Below, one piece after another: positions 42,695 to 56,901 of a stretch of DNA of 64,000 nt. Below the pieces are notes generated by a model that made no database searches, was not told the origin of the DNA, and saw only the letters and a program-made list of their open reading frames with translations. The position numbers and the translations under genes are program-made. Each line of letters begins with the position of its first letter. Position 1 is the stretch's first letter. Source of the DNA: Eledone cirrhosa (Eukaryota); NCBI GenBank assembly GCA_964016885.1, contig OZ024741.1, forward strand, positions 2,604,001 through 2,668,000, given 5' to 3'.

Positions 42695-43117
42695 TACATA
42701 TTTTCAACAGTAATACTGTACTATATATTTTCAACAGTAATACTATATTATATATTTTAAATAGTAATACTATACCTTATATTTTCAACACTAATACTAT
42801 ACTATATATTTTCAACAGTAATACTATACTATACATTTTTAATAGTAATACTGTACTATATATTTTCAACAGTAATACTATACTATACTATATATTTTCA
42901 ACAGTAATACTATACTATACTCTATATTTTCAACAGTGATACTATACTATACCATATATTTTCAACAGTAATACTGTACTATATATTTTCAACAGTAATA
43001 CTATACTATACTAAATATTTTCAACAGTAATACAGTACTATATATTTTCAACAGTAATACTGTACTATACTATATATTTTCAACAGTAATACTATACTAT
43101 ATATTTTCAACAGTAAT
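42695..43117. repeat. 27-32 bp minisatellite ATATATTTTCAACAGTAATACTGTACT with TACTA slippage
   Basis: About 15 tandem units. Confidence 0.92.
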
Positions 43118-43456
43118 CTATATATCTAAAACAGAGAATGTATGTCTGTCTGACTCCCTAAAACTCGAGAACCACCGAACCGATTGTTTTCAAACTTTAC
43201 ACATGTAATACTTATGGTCCTGTGGGTGTTTTGAGCAAAAACTATTTCCAATTTTCAATGCCCTAGGGACCGCATTAGGCGATTTAGCGATCTCTCTCTA
43301 TAATTATTAGTCTTTCTTTTTAGATAGATACATAGCTATAACGTTGCGCCCTTATAATATCTGTCTGTATGTCTGGCTGTCTGTATTACGACATTATGAC
43401 GCTATATATGTGTGTATATATGTATATATAGTGTGTGTATATATATATAGTGTGTG

Positions 43457-43768
<312 letters not shown>

Positions 43769-43825
43769 TCGTGAACAGATATTTTGCATACACAATAAAA
43801 AAATATAAACAAACGTATTAATTTC

Positions 43826-43880
43826 ACGAGGCTCGATAAGGATAAATATATATCAAATATATAAGAACCCTAGAGCAAAT
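43826..43880 (-). mobile_element. PLE-1 family 5'UTR/tail fragment
   Basis: Reverse complement of about 56771-56823. Confidence 0.8.
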
Positions 43881-44067
43881 CCCGAGCATCGCCGAGCCAT
43901 TCTGATAGTACTATACTACACAGACGGATTATCGTCTGTTTATCCAAGCGAAGCTAGGTACGTCAGCTATATATATATATATATATGGATGACATAGAAC
44001 ACGCTAATTGTAGCGGGCGTCAGCCGAACGGGCCAGCTAGTATATATATATATATATATATATAAAC

Positions 44068-44732
44068 ATGAGAAGAAAGAAGAATACTGCGTGGTTGCAC
44101 ATGGGTTACATATGATAAAAATAGTCCTTCGTCAGGGATTTTCCAACCATCATTGGTATTTCATCGCATTAAAAATCATATACCTCAGGTTGATGCGAGC
44201 AATAACTAAAAAAAGGTATTGGGACCAGTAAATCGCGTAAAGCGAGGGGGACAAGTGAACAACATAGAAGGATAAAAGCAAACCAAAGAAAGGAAAAAAA
44301 CAAGCAACATGGTAGTCCTGGTCAGCATAATCTGGGTGGATTTCATGAGCGAAAGGTACAGACGTCCGACGTGAGTGAGATGTAAGCAAGAAGAGATCCA
44401 CTGTAAGCCAAACGGGAGGAAGTGAGAAGGGTATAAACAGAGAGTGAGTGAGTGGAAGTGCGAGGAAGCGGTCAGTCGAGAGAAAGTGTAACTGAAAGAG
44501 GGGGCGAAAGAAGGTGAGAGAAACAGAGAGAAAGGGGAAGCAGTAAGAGAGAAACAGACAAACGCAGCCGAGGTAAATATATATAAAAAATATGAGAAGA
44601 AAGAAGAATACTGCGTGGTTGCACATGGGTTACATATGATAAAAATAGTCCTTCGTCAGTGATTTTCCAACCATCATTGGTATTTCATCGCATTAAAAAT
44701 CATATACCTCAGGTTGGTGCGAGAAATAACTA
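44068..44732 (-). mobile_element. non-coding element, 524-bp unit plus 141-bp terminal redundancy (family D)
   Basis: Direct repeats 44068-44208 and 44592-44732; (TA)n on both sides; pyrimidine-rich minus strand like the PLE-2 3'UTR. Confidence 0.7.
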
Positions 44733-44810
44733 TATATATATATATATATATATAAATTAATAAAAACAATGAATAAAAACAAAGAAACAGTTCCTTATAT
44801 TAAAAAATTC

Positions 44811-44944
44811 ATTATTTTACGATCGTTTCTAGGATATATATGTGTGTGTTGGTATGTATATCATATAGATCTATGTAAACATTTTACAAACTATCAGAGG
44901 GAATATACATACCTACACATATATATGCTGTCTTCAGGAATAAT
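44811..44944 (-). ncRNA. type I hammerhead ribozyme of PLE-3 with ~100-nt stem II
   Basis: Minus strand ATTATTC-CTGAAGA-long hairpin-GAAA-CGATCG-TA-AAATAAT; palindromic stem III ACGATCGT; GUA triplet. Confidence 0.78.
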
Positions 44945-45678
44945 TATATTTGTTTATTGAAAAACACCAACAAAGATTTAATATAATAGGTCTGTTTGGG
45001 AACAGGTTTTGAATTGACCAATAGAAGAGTAGTAAGAGGTCAAGTTGATAGAATAGTAGTAGTAGAAATTTAATTTATGGGTAGAGGAATGCAGACTTCA
45101 GTTTTGAAAGAAAATAATACTTTGAATGAAAAGATTACTTTGGGGATGAAAAGAGGTCAAGCCGGTGAAAGGTACACGAACATTTGATGTTATTAAAGAA
45201 TAATGCTAATGTTAAAATCGAAGGAGAATAACATTTTAGGATAAATGTGTTAGTGAGAAATACCAATCTTATTAAACATATAAGGAATTTAGATCTATAA
45301 AAAGAAATTAAATTAATTTAATTGATAGGTATACTTATAGGGATAAATTTATATTAATTCATATAGATGTGCTAAATAAGAGTTAGATGTTATTAAAGAA
45401 TGTTGTTAAAAACGAAGGAAAAAAAATTGGGGGAGGGGGATAAATGTATTAGTGAGAAATAACAAACTTATATAGACTACAAGGAATTTAGATTCATAAC
45501 AGGAAATTAAAATAGTTTATATGTATACTTATAGGTATTAATTTTAGGAAAAGATAGCTGTAAAAGGGAAATAAAATTATGAAGTTCTCAGTAGTAAAAT
45601 ACTACTTATAGGTTAACTAAATTTTTAAAAAAATCTAAAAAAAACTCATTATAATAATTTGTAAAATAAAAGTGTTTA

Positions 45679-46140
45679 TTAATTAGGTTTATAATATTTG
45701 AAAGTTCTTCTAATTCTATGATTGCACGATATAATTAATTCGTGTCGCTTATTTAATAGGATATCCTTAGCTTTCATTATTTCAAAAAGTTCCTGGGAAC
45801 ATAATCTACACTCATATCTGTTATTTTGATAAGGGGTGGCCCTTTTGAGCACACTCCAGGTCAGGTTATAATCGATATTCTTTTTTCTATAATTATTAAT
45901 TATTTCAGCCAAGGATGTTGTATTAGCTAATGCGGCATTTTTAAAACTGTGTTTGTGGGTATTAAATCTTACTTTAAATTGGTTAGAAGTAGCTCCTATA
46001 TATGAATAAGTTGAGTCCTTAGTGCTAATTTTACATTTATATACTATGTTATTAATAAGGCAATTTCCTTTTAATGGGCAATTTGCTTTGTTTCTACAGT
46101 TACAACCATTCGTGAATATTATATCAGGGGAGATAATCAA
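45679..46140 (-). pseudogene. GIY-YIG endonuclease domain of PLE-3 (fragment of the RT-EN ORF)
   Basis: CNCRNKANCPLKGNC, NIVYKC...YIGATS, FKVRFNTH, LTWSVL, CRLC. Confidence 0.9.
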
Positions 46141-46998
46141 ATTAGGTGTGGAATTTACTCGACTTGTTGTATGTGAAGGAGATGGTGGTTTGCTGCGGTT
46201 ATTTTAGTATTATGGTTAGTTTGATGTGTTGGTGGTATATTCATGTTTTTTTTTTACATTTATATGCATTGTAGGCACTTATATTTTGTTGTATATTTTT
46301 GGTAGTGGAGTAGGAAAATTTGACCGTTGATCTATTTAAAATTTGATGGTATTTATGGTTTGGCGGGAAGTTTTTCTCTAGGATAGTAAAAAAATGTTTA
46401 GGGATATTATCTTTAATTTGTAGATTAAATGGAGCATTATACCAAGTAACTCGTCTATTACGGTTTCGATGGTGATTTTTATTTTTATACGATGTATCCT
46501 GATGTTTACTAAGAGAGTTAGTATTAGTGAATTTATTTTACATATGTTTAGTTAGATTCACTGATTTAGGTGTTTTAGTCTGATTATCCTGTGATTTTCA
46601 TCGAAAAAAACTTTGAATACATCTTTTCTTTTCATGATATTTGGATTACATTGAGTTCTTCATACGGATTGGACACTACCGTATATTTTGGTAGATTTAT
46701 CTACATATATATATATATATAAAATAAGCTTGAAACTAGTACATCGTTCCTTGTCAGTGTTGAACAAGAGCGCAACGATGGTTGCTAAACATTGTACGGC
46801 TTAATTCGGGCTGTTTGTTTGTTTGTTTACAAACAAACCGAACATTATAATAAATGTTCGGTAAACCGATACATACATATATATATATATGTACATGTAT
46901 GTATGTATATATATACTACTGTACGTCTGTATACATATATGTCTGTACGTATACATACTTACGAAGAGTAAGAAATGAAATTTCGTTTCATTTTTTCC

Positions 46999-47252
<254 letters not shown>

Positions 47253-48592
47253 TTGCTGCTTTAATGTTAAGAAATTTACCTATAAAATTAGTCAAGAGAT
47301 TAGAAAATTGTTTCAACTAAAGACCACCCACGTGATCAATTTGTCTGAAGGAACTTGATACAAAAATCTCCCTGAAAATAGATTTGACTTTCGTAAATCT
47401 ATTGATACCAATCTGCCTGAAACCGCCCTTCATCTATGATTCAAAACTGATCGTTATAAAGTGTTTATAATCATATCTATACCTTCAATCATAATAATCT
47501 GTACGAAAATTATGTTTCAAACATCGGCTTAATGTAAAAATGTTAGCTAATTTAGTAAATCTTCCTAAATTCCAAGTTACTGTAAAAATCAATTGAAACA
47601 CATAGGAAATGGATTTCCATAGAAATATAGTAACAAAAGGGTTAAAAACGGACGGATACACTCGACCTAATGTAGTAATATATATGAAACGACGGGATAG
47701 TCACAGAGAGAATGCTTTTGATGAAAGCCCTGCTAGATCAGGAATGACTTGGGTTAAAAAACATGTGTAGCTAGAGATAGAAACCTAAAAAAAGAAGAAA
47801 AAAATCAATCCCAAAGTGGTATATTTTATTTCAAAAATTGTTTTTGCTTTATAATTTTGTTAATTTTAATTTTAACATTAGTAAAATGGATCCATTGAGA
47901 TTGACAAAATAAACTTTAAAAAAAACATTCATAAATTTCTCACCATCTAATTGTTTTTTACTACCACACAAATATCTTCTCTCTCTCGGTTGAAATTGTT
48001 TCCCCTCGGAGATTGAACCTTAGACCGGACACTTATCTTTTCCACTTAACTAATGAGGGTAGGGTAGTACTCATAAGCTTTTATATTTTCAGAGACCCCG
48101 AAATTGGTTAGAGAAAAGTATGAAATTCTCCCCAAACCAGAGACCTGGCACGAAAGCTTGATTCTACTAAAATCACCCAAAGATCAGGGTGCTATATTAA
48201 ATCAGGTGACAGATTATGTCTGATACCCAAGGAGCCGGAACAAATATCATCTGTCGACACTCTGTCAAGCCACCGTCTTGAACTGATACCTTGATCAACC
48301 CCGAACACAATTAGCAGCGAAATCTCCCCTGATCACACTGTCTTAAATGAAGGACAGATAATACAATGTATTCTAAGGACGGGATGGTCATAAGTGGAAT
48401 ATCTTAAAGGTTTTGTCGGCTTAACTGAGGATAACCTAGGGTTAAACAGCAGTAAAGGGGATTATTTCATCTAATTTCCTCACTGATACATTTTTAGAAA
48501 AAAACCATCGACCAAAATCTATTTTTTACTTCAGTGACTTACATCTGGAAAAAGAGAGGGAGAGAAAGAAGAAGTTGGTGGAGGAGAAGGAG

Positions 48593-48719
48593 GAAAGTAT
48601 GAGGGTGAAGGGGAAAAGTATGAGGGTGAAGGGAGGAAAGTATGAGGGTGAAGGGGGAAAGTATGATGGTGAAGGGAAAAAGGATAAGGGTGAAGGGAGG
48701 AAGTATGAGGGTGAAGGGA
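48593..48719. repeat. ~21-bp purine-rich minisatellite AAAGTATGAGGGTGAAGGGGG
   Basis: About 6 degenerate copies. Confidence 0.85.
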
Positions 48720-49066
48720 TAAGAGGAAGTGTGAAAGCTGTAGTCAGTCAGTCAGTGTGTTATTGTGTCAAATCTATCTGGCTTTTGCTTTTATTCCTTC
48801 TGCCTGTTGTCTCTCACTCGGTCCTCTTATTTTTCTTCATCCCAACGACTGGTTTTTACTGTTATTTCTTTGGTTGGGACAAGAGACTGGCTGAAGAGAT
48901 ATCTCAACAATTATTGTCTCTACCGACTGAAAGTAATAACAAACCACTCACCACTACCATACTTATATCACTTTTACTGTATAGAGATGACCTTAACTAG
49001 GGGGCCTCTTCCCCAGATGTTCCCTTCTTCCCCAGTGGTTCTCTTCTTCCCCAGTGGATCCCCTCA

Positions 49067-49184
49067 TATATATATATATATGATATATGTATATATGTAT
49101 GATATATATATATATATGATATATATATATATATATATATGTATGATATATATATATATATATGTGATATATATATATATATAT

Positions 49185-49240
<56 letters not shown>

Positions 49241-49352
49241 ATATATATATATATGATATATATATATATATATATAATATATATATATATATGATATATG
49301 TATATGATATATATATATATATATATATATATGATATATATATATATATATA

Positions 49353-49397
<45 letters not shown>

Positions 49398-49711
49398 ATA
49401 TGATATATGTATATATATATGATATATATATATATATGATATATGTATATATGTATGATATATATATATATATGATATATGTTTATATGTATGATATATA
49501 TATATATATATGATATATATATATATATATGATATATATATATATATGATATATATATATGATATATATATATGATATATATATATGATATATATATATA
49601 TATATATATATGATATATATATGATATATATATATATATATATGATATATATATATATATATTAAGGGTGAAATCAGCGATTCTTTGCTTACACTTTAAT
49701 CTGTTATTTTA

Positions 49712-49754
<43 letters not shown>

Positions 49755-49962
49755 ATATATGATATATATATAATACATATATGATATATATGATATATAT
49801 ATATATGATATATATATATATATATGATATATATATATATATATATATATCATATATATATGTATATATATATATATATGATATATATATATATATGATA
49901 TATATATATATATCATATATATATATATATATATATAAATGATATATATATATATATATATA
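49067..49962. repeat. interrupted (TA)n/TGA microsatellite containing a PLE-1 pLTR end at 49662-49717
   Basis: Direct reading; TTAAGGGTGAAATCAGCG...AATAAATA matches 59935-59990. Confidence 0.92.
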
Positions 49963-50300
49963 TTTATTAAAATAACAGATTAAAGTTTAAGCAAAGAATC
50001 GCTGCTTTCACCCTTAACGGGATCTTCTGAAACTAACAAAGTCAATCTGTAAACGCAGAAGTGGATATTTAAAAAAACGTTGCAACCGGAGGAAGACAGG
50101 AAGACGATACTTTGGTTCGTGGAAAAGTTCGCTGGCAAAGAACGGGAAAAAACGAATATAATACGTCATTAATAGGAGCGGTGAAAAACAATTACGCGCA
50201 AAGACAGAACCACGTTTATGGTATAAAAGAGGTCGTAGACTAATGTTACTTAGGTGGTGCATAGAGACGTTATCTGGCAATGAACGGAAAAACGAAGATA
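49963..50300 (-). mobile_element. PLE-1 family 3' fragment with HHR-like motif (49975-50050)
   Basis: Reverse complement of about 59653-59990; TCTTCTG at 50023-50029. Confidence 0.9.
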
Positions 50301-50308
50301 TATCATAT

Positions 50309-51265
50309 ACTAGACATGAAAAATGCGCAAGCTCAAAAGTGCCACAGAATGTTATAATAAACCTTCAAAAGTGTGGGACTAGAGTTGTTGCTAAAAAATA
50401 TTGTAATCATTATATATCGTACATTCTGTGGCATCCTTTATAAAAATAGCTTAAACCAACGAAGCCTTTATTTTTACGCTATTTCACTTAGTTAATTCTT
50501 AGAGTGTAACATATAAAAATATGATTTACAACTATAAAATAAATTAATTAATATAATAACAGAGCTGCGGAGCTGAAATTTAGGAAATAATGGAGTATCG
50601 GATCCTGAGTTGGAGCCAGTCAATTTTTGGCCGACTCCGCAGCCCTGTATAATACATTTCATATTAAAGTTATTAATAAACCTATTTTACACTGTATGCA
50701 AATTACCATGAGATATTGATATTAGATATAAGATACAGCGCAATATCTACAGCTGTAAAAGTACGAAAGCGAAGTAATAATAAGTGGCTTAAGGTAATTC
50801 CAAAATGAAAGTTTGTAGTGATACAAATTTGATAATGCAATACGATTGTTAATATTATAGTTCTATGAAAATGTAACAATAGATAACTAAATTATTTTAC
50901 TATTAGTATATTTAAGAAATTATCATTATAGATTTGATCGTTCATATAAGCATCATATTAATTTTCAACACAATTATTTTGTTACTATGAGTATATGATA
51001 ATAATATTACGTAATTATTTATAGCTGTTATTACATTAAACATAGATGTATTTATTTTTATATGTTACACTCTAAGAATTAACTAAGTGAAATAGCGTAA
51101 AAATAAAGGCTTTGTTGGTTTAAGCTATTTTTATAAAGGATGCGACAGAATGTACGATATATAATGATTACAATATTTTTTAGCAACAACTCTAGTCCCA
51201 CACTTTTGAAGGTTTATTATAACATTCTGTGGCACTTTTGAGCTTGCGCATTTTTCATGTCTAGT
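50309..51265. mobile_element. fold-back/MITE with ~212-bp terminal inverted repeats (ACTAGACATG...CATGTCTAGT)
   Basis: 50309-50520 is a near-perfect reverse complement of 51054-51265. Confidence 0.85.
50560..50647. mobile_element. nested hAT-type MITE
   Basis: TIRs CAGAGCTGCGGAG / CTCCGCAGCCCTG; 8-bp TSD TATAATAA / TATAATAC (7 of 8). Confidence 0.7.
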
Positions 51266-51854
51266 TTAATATTTTTTTAAGGCAACGCTTGTAATAACTC
51301 TAGTTAAACAGGATATATATTAATAATAAATTATCGTTGTAATGTAATTAGATTATGTAATTGTTATTATAAATTATCTTATAAATATTAGTGTAAGATG
51401 TATAAAAATATTTTCAGACTTTTAATATAAACAACTACAAAAAACAATCAATATTAAATCAATATATTATACATAATAGAAAACATAAAATAAACAATAC
51501 AAAAACAAAATATTTACATACAATTGCAATTATCAGTGTATATACATTTTCTTTATATTCCCTGAGCAAATTAATAAGATTTGTTTTTATTGTACATAAT
51601 TTGATGACTTGTTGGAGTGTATTAAAAGATAGCAACAATTTGTGATTAAATTGTTATCTTAAGCAACTCACTTTTTAATAGTTGTTGGCTGAGCGAAATT
51701 GTAAAAGCCTATGAGCAAATATAAAAAAAATACACAAACAACATTTCCTTGTGTTATTACAACATTAGATAAAATAATTGAGCAATGTCGTTATATTTTG
51801 CTCTTATTGCACATTAATAGTGTTTCTATTTTTCGGCACAAATCCATTACGGCA

Positions 51855-51988
51855 GTCCATTACTGGTACTTTATTTTATCGAATTAGTAAGTATGAAAGT
51901 CGAAGTTAACCTCGGCAGGATTTGAACTTAGAATGCAAAGGACCATAACAATACTGCAAAGCATGGTGTCTGACGCTCTACCAATACT
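51855..51988 (-). mobile_element. tRNA-derived SINE (same family as 33191)
   Basis: TACTGGTACTTTATTTTATCG...AACCTCGGCAGGATTTGAAC...GCATGGTGTCTGACGCTCTACC. Confidence 0.8.
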
Positions 51989-52454
51989 TGTGTTGAGCTG
52001 GTCATTAATTTATGGTGGTCGTGCGTGAAGTAGAGCAATCGCTAGTTGAAATATTATGAACAAAACATTTTTATTTGCCGAAGAACATATTTTCAATACT
52101 GTTTGTGAATGTGACGAAGGAAATACATTCTGATATGGAACAGTGTACAAAGTGTGTCTGTGAATAACATAATGTTACCTCATGTTGTTGTCAAGACATA
52201 ATGGATTTCGTATATCCAGTTAGAAGATGAAACCTAGCCATCTCGGATTAGTTATATTTCATGCCATGTGTAAACGTGTTTGAGGATAGCAAAATATGCG
52301 TGTTTCTTGTCTGGAAACTTTCTGCTAAACTGATTGGTTTCGTTTTTGGCACTATACAATACTCATCCAACAGATAGCTGTATTGGATCCTTGATTGGTT
52401 AATATTTAGGTGAGGGTGCTTGATGCAGAGTTAGTGCAAAATGGATCAATGAGT

Positions 52455-53110
52455 GTAATAATAATAATGATAATAATAATGAAAATATTGTGTACAATGC
52501 TGAGGTGCACTACAACTCATCAAAAGTGCATATATAATACATATGGTAATATAAAAACGTCATGAAAAAAGAACAGTGCATGAGTCATGATATACACATA
52601 TGTGCATGTGTATGGAAGGGGGACATCAGGTGTAGTTTTGGTGTATTTCGGAATGTATGATGGTTTTAAAGGATGCAGTGTGTCATCAGCTAACAACTGA
52701 TGCAGGAAGTTTGTTCCATCCTTCAGCAACTCTGAGCATGAAGAAATATTTCCTAAAGTCATGGGAGCTGTGTTGTTTTCTGACTTTGTAGGCATGTCCA
52801 CGTGTTAGACACATGGAGATCAAAAAGGTGTTCGGGGTTGTTGTTGGTCGGATGGTTAATAACTTTGTGGGTGTTTACCAAGTCCATTGCCAGAGGGAAG
52901 CAAAATATTCAGGGTATGGTAGGTGTCTGATGGAGGGTATGCGCTTGGTTGAATGTCTCTGAACAGTTTCCAGGAGGTCAATGTTCTGAGCAAGATAGGG
53001 GTTCCAGACTGATGACGCGAACTCCAAGTGTATTCGTACCATAGATGTATACAGCTTTAAATAGATGGCTGGAGAGCAGCTAATGAAGCTCTTGCTGATT
53101 GATGCCAAGT
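52455..53110 (-). mobile_element. 5'-truncated CR1/L2-group LINE 3' fragment
   Basis: LYTSMVRIHLEFASSVWNPY...LLETVQRHSTK is the typical post-RT region of CR1 ORF2; (ATT)n tail at 52457-52481. Confidence 0.85.
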
Positions 53111-53320
53111 CAATCTTAATAAATTGACTGATTTATCTGTTCACTACTGCTAATCCACCGCTGTTTGTACAATTTTTTAGATAATGTCAATTTGAGCTTG
53201 AATCATTGGCGTAATGAAATTTGAAAAGATTATAAGCAAATCTTTTTTAAAATACACAGACAACATTTAACTGTATCGTTGCAACATTAGATCTAATAAT
53301 GGAGCAACATTTGTGCAGAA

Positions 53321-53782
53321 TTATTGTTTGTGCAATAAGATATTTGCAGATCTGTACTTGGTCTGCTCTTTAGCCAACTCGGTACGTTTAGAAGCTCTAC
53401 GCTCGGCTTGCTTTTGAGATATAATAGCTGAATTTGCAGATCTATACTTGGCCTGCTTGTTTGCCAACTCATACCGTTTTGAACATCTATACTTGGCCTG
53501 TTTTTGTGTTAATTTAGCAAAATTCACAGCTCTATAATCGGCCTGTTTTTGTCTCAACTTCTCCCGATTCCGCATCCGGTAAGCTGCTTTCACATCCAAT
53601 TTAATACGCCCATCTAGATTATTAGCACAGGAATGTGAACAAGCTTGTGGGACCGCATCATTGTAAGTATATGAACTGCCTGCAACATCAAGACCCAATT
53701 CACAAGTGCAGCGTTGCTCATTCACATCGGCAGTGGGGACACCAAAATCAGTGACAGGTCTCGATTCACTCGCGAGATACAT
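53321..53782 (-). other. ORF fragment with 15-aa basic repeats (KQAKYRSAN), probably transposon-derived
   Basis: Five ~45-bp diverged repeats keep the reading frame; no recognisable catalytic domain. Confidence 0.35.
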
Positions 53783-53811
53783 CTCAGCTACACTATATAT
53801 TTAAACATATA

Positions 53812-53875
53812 TACAGTGATACCTCGCTACTTGGCGGTTCAACTATCGCGGATTCATGATTTCGCGCATTTTTAG
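53812..53875. mobile_element. Tigger/pogo-like TIR remnant
   Basis: TA-CAGTGATACCTCGCTACTTGGCGG...TCGCGGATTC; partner end not found. Confidence 0.4.
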
Positions 53876-53951
53876 AATATATATATGAACACCTAAAATT
53901 TTTCATTAAATCCATTAAAATATTAATAATAAACACAGTTCTAATCATACG

Positions 53952-53998
<47 letters not shown>

Positions 53999-53999
53999 T

Positions 54000-54296
54000 A
54001 AGTAATTAATACCGTATAAATGGTACAAAGACTGTTTATGTAAAATGTATTTCTCAACAGAGTATTGAATACTTAGGAGAAATTCAAAACGAAGAGTGAT
54101 AAAATTTCAAGCAAAGAGTTTAATTAGGTAATGACTTACAAATTTGTTTCAGTATATAGACAAAGCCTGAAGCGCTAATTATAATAATTAGTTAATAATA
54201 TTACAAAATATATTAATATTATATTAAATATATACTGAAACAAATTTGTAAGTCATTACCTAATTAAACTCTTTGCTTGAAATGTTATCATTCTTC

Positions 54297-54300
<4 letters not shown>
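54000..54300. mobile_element. non-coding fold-back insertion, family E (HHR 3' half plus tail)
   Basis: 72-bp inverted arms 54087-54158 and 54229-54300 containing GAAA-CAAATTTG-TA (palindromic stem III); minus-strand tail; (TA)n flanks. Confidence 0.7.
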
Positions 54301-54368
<68 letters not shown>

Positions 54369-54980
54369 TTATCTAGTCCTTCGCTCAAGATTAATCTATA
54401 AGTTTAGATGTCTGCCTTCGTTTAAGTAAATATTACAGTAAGATTTTTAATATAAACAACTACAAAAAACAATTAATATTAAAACGAAAAAATTATCAAT
54501 GATAAAAGAAGCGGATGCAACTTTTTTTTTTATAAAGTTATATTCCTGTTTCTTTAAAAACATTTCATTTTTGTTATATTGTAGGCGAAATAATGCAATG
54601 GTTTAATAGGGAAGATATAACTTACGAATTATGTCTCTAACCGTGTAACGCTTTTTAAGTAGATAACTACAATTGAAAATACTAAAGAAATGGAACCAAC
54701 AATTCAATTTGAAAGTCGTCTACTTATAGTGACAGTGTATTACTGGTACTTTATTTTATCGACCCCGTAACGATGAAATGCAAATGCTTAAAATTTAAAT
54801 TGCCTTAATTCTATCGTCTGCTGTTTCATTAAAGGGAGATTCTCGTCTGTATTTAATTCTATCGTCTACTGTTCCACTAAACAGATATACCTCCACTATT
54901 GTCTCTATTTATACATTTTAACTTATAACTTATACACATTTGATTTGAAATATTTTATCTAGTCCCCCCTCTCAATATTA

Positions 54981-55028
54981 TGATGATTTCTTTCGAATGA
55001 AACAGTTCTAGTCCTGTAGAAGCCATTT
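54981..55028 (+). mobile_element. family B 3' fragment
   Basis: Matches 35539-35585; ends in TA repeats. Confidence 0.75.
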
Positions 55029-55136
55029 ATATATATAATTGAACTGAGTTAAAAATTCACAATATTTATAATTAAATAAGCTCATATATATATGTGTGTA
55101 TTTATCTGTTTATTGTATTATATATAATGTGTGTAT

Positions 55137-55175
55137 ATACAGGATGTCCCCCAAAAATATATACACACTTCAACA
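55137..55175. mobile_element. Tc1/mariner-like TIR remnant
   Basis: TA-CAGGATGTCCCCCAAAA; partner end not identified. Confidence 0.35.
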
Positions 55176-55696
55176 GCATTCTAATAACTATTGCCTGTAC
55201 AGGTAATCAAAGTGTCAATCGAATGTTAGTTTCGTGTTTTAACAGTACAAATTTACAATACACACATAAAACCAGTGTATATACATACATGAGTGTGTAT
55301 ACACATACATGAATGTGTATATACAATATATATGTATATATATATAGACACATATATTCACGGTGCAACGGAACATTAAAATATAGATGCGGGAGGGGTG
55401 TGTGTATATATAGGGGCGCTGGGGATAAAGGAGTGTAAAGCGTGTGTAATTGATATATTGAAGGAGAGGAGCGTGCAGCGATAGAGTAACAAATATATAG
55501 AGAGGGGGAGAGATGGTATTGAAGGGGAGGAGTGCAAAGCGAAAGAGTAAGAGAGATATATATATAGAGACGGAACAGATAGAGAGAAACAGGCGTAAGT
55601 AACAGTGGAAGAGATATATAGAGAGGGGGAAATGTGTTATTGAAGGGGAGGAGTGTAAAGCGAAAGCGTAAGATATATATAGAGAGAGGGGGAATA

Positions 55697-55738
<42 letters not shown>

Positions 55739-55887
55739 ACACTTACTCTGATTGGTTGAAAATTAGCCAATGACATACGATCACCACCACCACGGCTATC
55801 CCGGGAAAATTTATGAAGAAGTTAGGCATATATGTTAGAACACGAAAAGTGAACATTCTGTTGTTTCACACTTTTCGTGTTCTAACA

Positions 55888-56700
<813 letters not shown>

Positions 56701-56901
56701 ATTTATTAAAATAACAGATTAAAGTTTAAGCGAATCTTTGCTTAAACTTTAATCTGTTATTTTAATAAATATTTGCTCTACAGTTCTTATATATTTGATA
56801 TATATTTTCCTTATCGAGCCCTCTTTGGATTTTAGTCTTCAATTTTATTATTATTACTATTTGGCTCCTTCGGTTGAGCACTCTACTGACTTATATTCAT
56901 C

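Larger units (their letters stand above)
44755..46620 (-). mobile_element. 5'-truncated Penelope-like element (PLE-3)
   Basis: Minus strand RRVTWYNAPFN...KFSYSTT, then the GIY-YIG ORF, a long 3'UTR with an internal duplication (about 45185 and 45385), and a 3' HHR next to (TA)n. Confidence 0.88.

Noticed and set aside
54168-54174. CTGAAGC as the core of a complete family E hammerhead
   Set aside because: A9 is missing and the upstream bases do not pair with AGTC after the GUA site; only the 3' half of the HHR is supported.
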